DNA of 64,000 bases. It comes from Eledone cirrhosa. Its lineage: Eukaryota. The stretch lies in the NCBI GenBank assembly GCA_964016885.1, contig OZ024741.1, positions 17,546,001 to 17,610,000 on the forward strand. The letters run 5' to 3'. Positions 55,501 to 64,000 of this stretch are shown here, in pieces; the first letter of the stretch is position 1, and each line of letters begins with the position of its first letter. The notes under the pieces are model-generated. The model was not told where the DNA came from. It did not search any database and was given only the letters and a program-made list of their open reading frames with translations. Made by a program: the position numbers and the translations under genes.

Positions 55501-58500
55501 TCAGTTCCGCCATGACCGAGCTTTATTGTAGCTGTGGTTTAGGCTCAGTTCCGCCATGGCCAAGCTTTATTGCAGCTATGGTTTAGGCTCAGTTCCGCCA
55601 TGACCGAGCTTTATTGTAGCTGTGGTTTAGACTCAGTTCCGCCATGACCGAGTTTATTGTAGCTGTGGTTTAGGCTCAGTTCCGCCATGACCGAGCCTTA
55701 TTGTAGCTGTGGTTTAGACTCAGTTCCGCCATGACCGAGCTTTATTGTAGCTGTGGTTTAGACTCAGTTCCGCCATGACCGAGCTTTATTGTAGCTGTGG
55801 TTTAGGCTCAGTTCCGCCATGACCGAGCTTTATTGTAGCTGTGGTTTAGACTCAGTTCCGCCATGACCGAGCTTCATTGTAGCCGTGGTTTAGACTCAGT
55901 TTCGCCATGACCGAGCTTTATTGTAGCTGTGGTTTAGGCTCAGTTCCGCCATGACCGAGCTTTATTGTAGCTGTGGTTTAGACTCAGTTCCGCCATGACC
56001 GAGCTTTATTGTAGCTATGGTTTAGGCACAGTTCCGCCATGACCGAGCTTTATTGTAGCTGTGGTTTAGACACAGTTCCGCCATGACCGAGCTTTATTGT
56101 AGCTATGTTTTAGGCTCAGTTCCGCCATGACCGAGTTTTATTGTAGCTATGTTTTAGGCTCAGTTCCGCCATAACCGAGCTTTATTGTAGCTATGGTTTG
56201 GGCTCAGTTCCGCCATGACCAAGCTTTCTTGTAGCTGTGGTTTAGGCTCAGTTCCGCCATGACCGAGCTTTATTGTAGCTGTGGTTTAGACTCAGTTCCG
56301 CCATGACCGAGCTTTATTGTAGCTGTGGTTTAGGCTCAGTTCCGCCATGACCGAGCCTTATTGTAGCTGTGGTTTAGACTCAGTTCCGCCATGACCAAGC
56401 TTTATTTTAGCTGTGGTTTAGGCACAGTTCCGTCATGGAGAGCTTTACTGTAGCTGTGGTTTAGGCTCAGTTCCGCCATGACCGAGATTTATTGTAGCTG
56501 TGGTTTAACTCAGTTTCGCCATGACCGAGCTTTATTGTAGCTGTGGTTTAGGCTCAGTTCCGCCATGACTGAGCTTTATTGTAGCTGTGGTTTAGGCTCA
56601 GTTCCGCCATGACCGAGCTTTATTGTAGCTGTGGTTTAGACTCAGTTCCGCCATTACCGAGCTTTATTGTAGCTATGGTTTAGGCACAGTTCCGCCATGA
56701 CCGAGCTTTATTGTAGCTGTGGTTTAGACTCAGTTCCGCCATGACCGAGCTTTATTGTAGCTGTGGTTTAGGCTCAGTTCCGCCATGACCGAGCTTTATT
56801 ATAGCTGTGGTTTAGACTCAGTTCCGCCATGACCGAGCTTTATTGTAGCTGCGGTTTAGGCTCAGTTCCACCATGACCGAGCTTTATTGTAGATGTGGTT
56901 TAGACTCAGTTCCGCCATGACCGAACTTTATTGTAGCTATGGTTTAGGCTCAGTTCCGCCATGACCGAGCCTTATTGTAGCTGTGGTTTAGACTCAGTTC
57001 CGCCATGACCAAGCATTATTGTAGCTGTGGTTTAGGCACAGTTCCGTCATGGAGAGCTTTACTGTAGCTGTGGTTTAGGCTCAGTTCCGCCATAACCGAG
57101 ATTTATTGTAGCTGTGGTTTAACTCAGTTTCGCCATGACCGAGCTTTATTATAGCTATGGTTTAACTCAGTTCCGCCATGACCGAGCTTTATTGTAGCTG
57201 TGGTTTAGGCTCAGTTCCCTCATGACCGAGCTTTATTGTAGCTGTGGTTTAGGCTCAGTTCTGCCATGACCAAGCTTTATTGTAGCTGTGGTTTAGGCTC
57301 AGTTCCGCCATGACCAAGCTTTATTGTAGCTATGGTTTAGGCTCAGTTCGGTCATGACTAAGCATTATTGTAGCTGTGGTTTTGACTCAGTTCCGCCATG
57401 ACCGAGCTTTATTGTAGCTGTGGTTTAGACTCAGTACCGCCATGACCGAGCTTTATTGTAGCTGTGGTTTAGGCTCAGTTCCGCCATGACCGAGCTTTAT
57501 TGTAGCTGTGGTTTAGACTCAGTTCCGCCATGACCGAGCTTTATTGTAGCTGTGGTTTAGGCTCAGTTCCGCCATCACCGAGCTTTATTGTAGCTGTGGT
57601 TTAGACTCAGTTCCGCCATGACCGAGCTTTTTTGTACCTATGGTTTAGGCACAGTTCCGCCATGATCGAGCTTTATTGTAGCTATGGTTTAGGCTCAGTG
57701 CCGCCATGACGAAGCTTTAGTGTAGCTATGTTTTAGGCTCAGTTCCGCCATGACCGAGTTTTATTGTAGCTATGTTTTAGGCTCAGTTCCGCCATGACCG
57801 AGCTTTATTGTAGCTATGGTTTAGGCTCAGTTCCGCCATGACGAAGCTTTATTGTAGCTTTGGTTTAGGCTCAGTTCCGTCATGACCGAGCTTTATTGTA
57901 GCTATGGTTTAGGCTCAGTTCCCTCAAGACCGAGCTTTATTGTAGCTGTGGTTTAGGCTCAGTTCCGCCATGACCAAGCTTTATTGTAGCTATGGTTTAG
58001 GCTCAGTTCGGTCATGACTAAGCTTTATTGTAGCTGTGGTTTAGGCTCAGTTCCGCCATGACCGAGATTTATTGTAGCTGTGGTTTAACTCTGTTCCGCC
58101 ATGACCGAGCTTTATTGTAGTTGTGGTTTAGGCTCAGTTCCCTCATGACCGAGCTTTATTGTAGCTGTGGTTTAGGCTCAGTTCCGCCATGACCAAGCTT
58201 TATTGTAGCTGTGGTTTAGGCTCAGTTCCCTCAAGACCGAGCTTTATTGTAGCTGTGGTTTAGGCTCAGTTACGCCATGACCAAGCTTTATTGTAGCTAT
58301 GCTTTAGGCTCATTTCGGTCATGACTAAGCTTTATTTTAGCTGTGGTTTAGGCTCAGTTCCGCCATGACCGAGCTTTATTGTAGCTGTGGTTTAGACTCA
58401 GTTCCGCCATGACCGAGCATTATTGTAGCTGTGGTTTAGGCTCAGTTCCGCCATGACCGAGCCTTATTGTAGCTGTGGTTTGGGCTCAGTTCCGCCATGA

Positions 58501-61500
58501 CCGAGCTTTATTGTAGCTGTGGTTTAGACTCAGTTCCGCCATGACCGAGCTTTATTGTAGCTGTGGTTTAGGCTGAGTTCCGCCATGACCGAGCTTTATT
58601 GTAGCTGTGGTTTAGGCTCAGTTCCGCCATGACCGAGCCTTATTGTAGCTGTGGTTTAGACTCAGTTCCGCCATGACCAAGCTTTATTGTAGCTGTGGTT
58701 TAGGCACAGTTCCGTCATGGAGAGCTTTACTATAGCTGTGGATTAGGCTCAGTTCCGCCATGACCGAGATTTATTGTAGCTGTGGTTTAACTCAGTTTCG
58801 CCATGACCGAGCTTTATTATAGCTATGGTTTAACTCAGTTCCGCCATGACCGAGCTTTATTGTAGCTGTGGTTTAGGCTCAGTTCCTGCATGACCGAGCT
58901 TTATTGTAGCTGTGATTTAGGCTCAGTTCCGCCATGACTAAGCTTTATTGTAGCTGTGGTTTAGGCTCAGTTGCCTCATGACCGAGCTTTATTGTAGCTG
59001 TGGTTTAGGCTCAGTTCCACCATGACCGAGCTTTATTGTAGCTATGGTTTAGACTCAGTTCCGCCATGACCGAGCTTTATTGTAGCTGTGGTTTAGGCTC
59101 AGTTCCGCCATGACCGAGCCTTATTGTAGCTGTGGTTTAGACTCAGTTCAGCCATGACCAAGCTTTATTGTAGCTGTGGTTTAGGCACAGTTCCGTCATG
59201 GAGAGCTTTACTATAGCTGTGGATTAGGCTCAGTTCCGCCATGACCGAGATTTATTGTAGCTGTGGTTTAACTCAGTTTCGCCATGACCGAGCTTTATTA
59301 TAGCTATGGTTTAACTCAGTTCCGCCATGACCGAGCTTTATTGTAGCTGTGGTTTAGGCTCAGTTCCCGCATGACCGAGCTTTATTGTAGCTGTGATTTA
59401 GGCTCAGTTCCGCCATGACTAAGCTTTATTGTAGCTGTGGTTTAGGCTCAGTTGCCTCATGACCGAGCTTTATTGTAGCTGTGGTTTAGGCTCAGTTCCG
59501 CCATGACCAAGCTTTATTGTAGCTATGGTTTCGGCTCAGTTCGGTCATGACTAAGCATTATTGTAGCTGTGGTTTAGGCTCAGTTCGGTCTTGACCGAGC
59601 TTTATTGTAACTGTGGTTTAGGCTCAGTTCCACCATGACCGAGCTTTATTGTAGCTATGGTTTAGACTCAGTTCCGCCATGACCGAGCTTTATTGTAGCT
59701 GTAGTTTAGACTCAGTTCCGCCATGACCAAGCTTTATTGTAGCTGTGGTTTAGGCTCAGTTACGCCACAAGCAAGCTTTATTGTAGCTGTGGTTTAGACT
59801 CAGTTCCGCCATGACCGAGCTTTATTGTAGCTGTGGTTTAGACTCAGTACCGCCATGACCGAGCTTTATTGTAGCTGTGGTTTAGGCTCAGTTCCGCCAT
59901 GACCGAGCTTTATTGTAGCTGTGGTTTAGACTCAGTTCCGCCATGACCGAGCTTTATTGTAACTGTGGTTTAGGCTCAGTTCCGCCATCACCGAGCTTTA
60001 TTGTAGTTGTGGTTTAGAATCAGTTCCGCCATGACCGAGCTTTATTGTAGCTATGGTTTAGGCACAGTTCCGCCATGATCGAGCTTTATTGTAGCTATGG
60101 TTTAGGCTCAGTGCCGCCATGACGAAGCTTTAGTGTAGCTATATTTTAGGCTCAGTTCCGCCATGACCGAGTTTTATTGTAGCTATGTTTTAGGCTCAGT
60201 TCCGCCATGACCGAGCTTTATTGTAGCTATGGTTTAGGCTCAGTTCCGCCATGACCAAGCTTTATTGTAACTGTGGTTTAGGCTCAGTTCCGCCATGACC
60301 AAGCTTTATTGTCGCTGTGGTTTAGGCTCAGTTCCGCCATGACCGAGCTTTATTGTAGCTGTTGTTTAGGCTCAGTTCCGCCATGAGCAAGATTTATTGT
60401 AGCTGTTGTTTAGGCTCAGTTCCGCCATGACCGATCTTTATTGTAGCTCAGGTTTAGGCTCAGTTCCGCCATGACCAAGCTTTATTGTAGCTGTGGTTTA
60501 GGCTCAGTTCCGCCATGACCGAGCTTTATTGTAGCTGTGGTTTAGACTCAGTTCCGCCCTGACCAAGCTTTATTGTAGCTGTGGTTTAGACTCAGTTCCG
60601 TCATGACCGAGCTTTATTGTAGCTATGGTTTAGATTCAGTTCCGCCATGACCGAGCTTTATTGTAGCTGTGGTTTAGACTCAGTTCCGCCATGACCAAGC
60701 TTTATTGTAGCTGTGGTTTAGGCTCAGTTACGCCACAAGCAAGCTTTATTGTAGCTGTGGTTTAGACTCAGTTCCGCCATGACCGAGCTTTATTGTAGCT
60801 GCGGTTTAGACTCAGTACCGCCATGACCGAGCTTTATTGTAGCTGTGGTTTAGGCTCAGTTCCGCCATGGCCGAGCTTTATTGTAGCTGTGGTTTAGGCT
60901 CAGTTCCGCCATCACCGAGCTTTATTGTAGCTGTGGTTTAGACTCAGTTCCGCCATGACCGAGCTTTTTTGTAGCTATGGTTTAGGCACAGTTCCGCCAT
61001 GATCGAGCTTTATTGTAGCTATGGTTTAGGCTCAGTGCTGCCATGACGAAGCTTTAGTGTAGCTATGTTTTAGGCTCAGTTCCGCCATGACCGAGTTTTA
61101 TTGTAGCTATGTTTTAGGCTCAGTTCCGCCATGACCGAGCTTTATTGTAGCTATGGTTTAGTCTCAGTTTCGCCATGACGAAGCTTTATTGTAGCTTTGG
61201 TTTAGGCTCAGTTCCGTCATGACCGAGCTTTATTGTAGCTGTTGTTTAGGCTCAGTTCCGCCATGACCGAGCTTTATTGTAGCTGTGGTTTAGACTCAGT
61301 TCCGCCCTGACCGAGCTTTATTGTAGCTGTGGTTTAGATTCAGTTCCGTCATGACCGAGCTTTATTGTAGCTATGGTTTAGGCTGAGTTCCGCCATGACC
61401 GAGCTTTATTGTAGCTGTGGTTTAGGCTCAGTTCCGCCACGACCGAGCTTTATTGTAGCTGTGGTTTAGACTCAGTTCCGCCATGACCAAGCTTTATTGT

Positions 61501-64000
61501 AGCTGTGGTTTAGACTCAGTTCCGCCATGACCGAGCTTTATTGTAGCTGTGGTTTAGGCTCAGTTCCGCCACGACCGAGCTTTATTGTAGCTGTGGTTTA
61601 GACTCAGTTCCGCCATGACCAAGCTTTATTGTAGCTGTGGTTTAGACTCAGTTCCGCCATGACCGAGCTTTATTGTAGCTGTGGTTTAGGCTCAGTTCCG
61701 CCATGACCGAGCCTTATTGTAGCTGTTGTTTAGACTTAGTTCCGCCATGACCGAGCTTTATTGTAGCTGTGGTTTAGGCATAGTTCTGTCATGGAGAGCT
61801 TTACTGTAGCTGTGGTTTAGGCTCAGTTCCGCCATGACCGAGATTTATTGTAGCCTGTGGTTTAACTCAGTTCCGCCATGACCGAGCTTTATTGTAGCTG
61901 TGGTTTAGGCTCAGTTCCCTCATGACCGAGCTTTATTGTAGCTGTGGTTTAGGCTCAGTTCCGCCATGACCAAGCTTTACTGTAGCTGTGGTTTAGGCTC
62001 AGTTCCCTCAAGACCGAGCTTTATTGTAGCTATGGTTTAGGCTCAGTTCGGTCATGACTAAGCTTTATTGTAGCTGTGGTTTAGGCTCAGTTCGGTCTTG
62101 ACCGAGCTTTATTGTAACTGTGGTTTAGGCTCAGTTCCGCCATGACCAAGCTTTATTGTCGCTGTGGTTTAGGCTCAGTTCCGTCATGACCGAGCTTTAT
62201 TGTAGCTGTGGTTTAGGCTCAGTTCCGCCATGAGCAAGATTTATTGTAGCTATTGTTTAGGCTCACTTCCGCCAGGACCGATCTTTATTGTAGCTCAGGT
62301 TTGGGCTCAGTTCCGCCATGACCAAGCTTTATTGTAGCTGTGGTTTAGGCTCAGTTCCGCCATGACCGAGCTTTATTGTAGCTGTGGTTTAGACTCAGTT
62401 CCGCCCTGACCAAGCTTTATTGTTGCTGTGGTTTAGACTCAGTTCCGTCACAACCGAGCTTTATTGTAGCTATAGTTTAGACTCAGTTCCGCCATGACCA
62501 AGCTTTATTGTAGCTGTGGTTTAGGCTCAGTTCCGCCACAACCAAGCTTTATTTTAGCTGTTGTTTAGACTCAGTTCCGCCATGACCGAGCATTATTGTA
62601 GCTATGGTTTAGGCTCAGTTCCGCCATGACCGAGCTTTATTGTAGCTGTGGTTTAGACTCAGTCCGCCATCACCGAGCTTTATTGTAGCTATGGTTTAGG
62701 CACAGTTCCGCCATGATCGAGCTTTATTGTAGCTATGGTTTAGGCTCAGTTCCGCCATGACCAAGCTTTCGTGTAGCTATGTTTTAGGCTAAGTTCCGCC
62801 ATGACCGAATTTTATTGTAGCTATATTTTAGGCTCAGTTCCGCCATGACCGAGCTTTATTGTAGCTGTGGTTTAGGCTCAGTTCCGTCATGACCGAGCTT
62901 TATTGTAGCTCTGGTTTAGGCTCAGTTCCGTCATGACCGAGCTTTATTGTAGCTGTGGTTTAGGCTCAGTTCCGCCATGAGCAAGATTTATTGTAGCTGT
63001 TGTTTAGGCTCACTTCCGCCAGGACCTATCTTTATTGTAGCTCAGGTTTAGGCTCAGTTCCGCCCTGACCAAGCTTTATTGAAGCTGGGGTTTAGACTCA
63101 GTTCCGTCATGACCGAGCTTTATTGTAGCTATGGTTTAGGCTCAGTTCCGCCACGACCGAGCTTTATTGTAGCTGTGGTTTAGACTCAGTTGCGCCATGA
63201 CCAAGCTTTATTGTAGCTGTGGTTTAGGCTCAGTTCCGCCACAACCAAGCTTTATTGTAGCTGTGGTTTAGACTAAGTTCCGCCATGACCGAGCTTTATT
63301 GTAGCTATGGTTTAGGCACAGTTCCGCCATGACCAAGCTTTAGTGTAGCTATGTTTTAGGCTAAGTTCCGCCATGACCGAATTTTATTGTAGCTATATTT
63401 TAGGCTCAGTTCCGCCATGACCGAGCTTTATTGTAGCTATGGTTTAGGCTCAGTTCCGCCATGACCAAGCATTATTGTAGCTGTGGTTTAGGCTCAGTAC
63501 CGCCATGACCGAGCTTTATTGTAGCTGTGGTTTAGACTCAGTTCCGCCATGACCGAGCTTTATTGTAGCTGTGGTTTAGGCTCAGTTCCGCCATGACCGA
63601 GCCTTATTGTAGCTGTTGTTTAGACTCAGTTCCGCCATGACCAAGCTTTATTGTAGCTGTGGTTTAGGCACAGTTCCGTCATGGAGAGCTTTACTGTAGC
63701 TGTGGTTTAGGCTCAGTTCCGCCATGACCGAGATTTATTGTAGCTGTGGTTTAACTCCGTTCCGCCATGACCGAGCTTTATTGTAGCTGTGGTTTAGGCT
63801 CAGTTCCGCCATGACCAAGCTTTACTTGTAGCTGTGGTTTAGGCTCAGTTCCCTCAAGACCGAGCTTTATTGTAGCTGTGGTTTAGGCTCAGTTCCGCCA
63901 TGACCAAGCTTTATTGTAGCTATGGTTTAGGCTCAGTTCGGTCATGACTAAGCTTTATTGTAGCTGTGGTTTAGGCTCAGTTCGGTCTTGACCGAGCTTT
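49593..64000. repeat. 44-bp satellite array, over 320 monomers, continues past the window end
   Basis: Unit GCTTTATTGTAGCTGTGGTTTAGRCTCAGTTCCGCCATGACCGA. Confidence 0.98.

Noticed and set aside
49593-64000. CRISPR array or repetitive coding gene
   Set aside because: Head-to-tail 44-bp monomers with no spacers; the ORF track shows no long ORF here.

Overview
Repeat-saturated, AT-rich eukaryotic genomic DNA with no intact host gene. The SINE families and microsatellite load resemble coleoid cephalopod (Octopus-like) DNA; this is an inference from memory, not a database result. Most long ORFs in the track are microsatellite or satellite translation artefacts. The real content is: (i) a near full-length, frameshifted Tx1/L1-clade LINE (17.4-23.2 kb) and three 3' fragments whose ends abut (TATC)n/(TC)n tracts; (ii) five 3' fragments of two R4/Dong-like RLE retrotransposon families, interleaved in strictly opposite orientation with non-coding, RTE-derived bipartite elements on shared (TATG)n tracts; (iii) RTE LINE fragments; (iv) tRNA-derived SINEs, one with its A-box head amplified into a 45-bp minisatellite between intact TSDs; (v) Penelope-like remnants with minimal hammerhead ribozymes and fold-back inversions; (vi) a non-autonomous Helitron and two Tc2/pogo-type MITEs; (vii) three satellite arrays (46, 41 and 44 bp monomers), two with higher-order duplications. 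The 44-bp array fills 49.6-64 kb.
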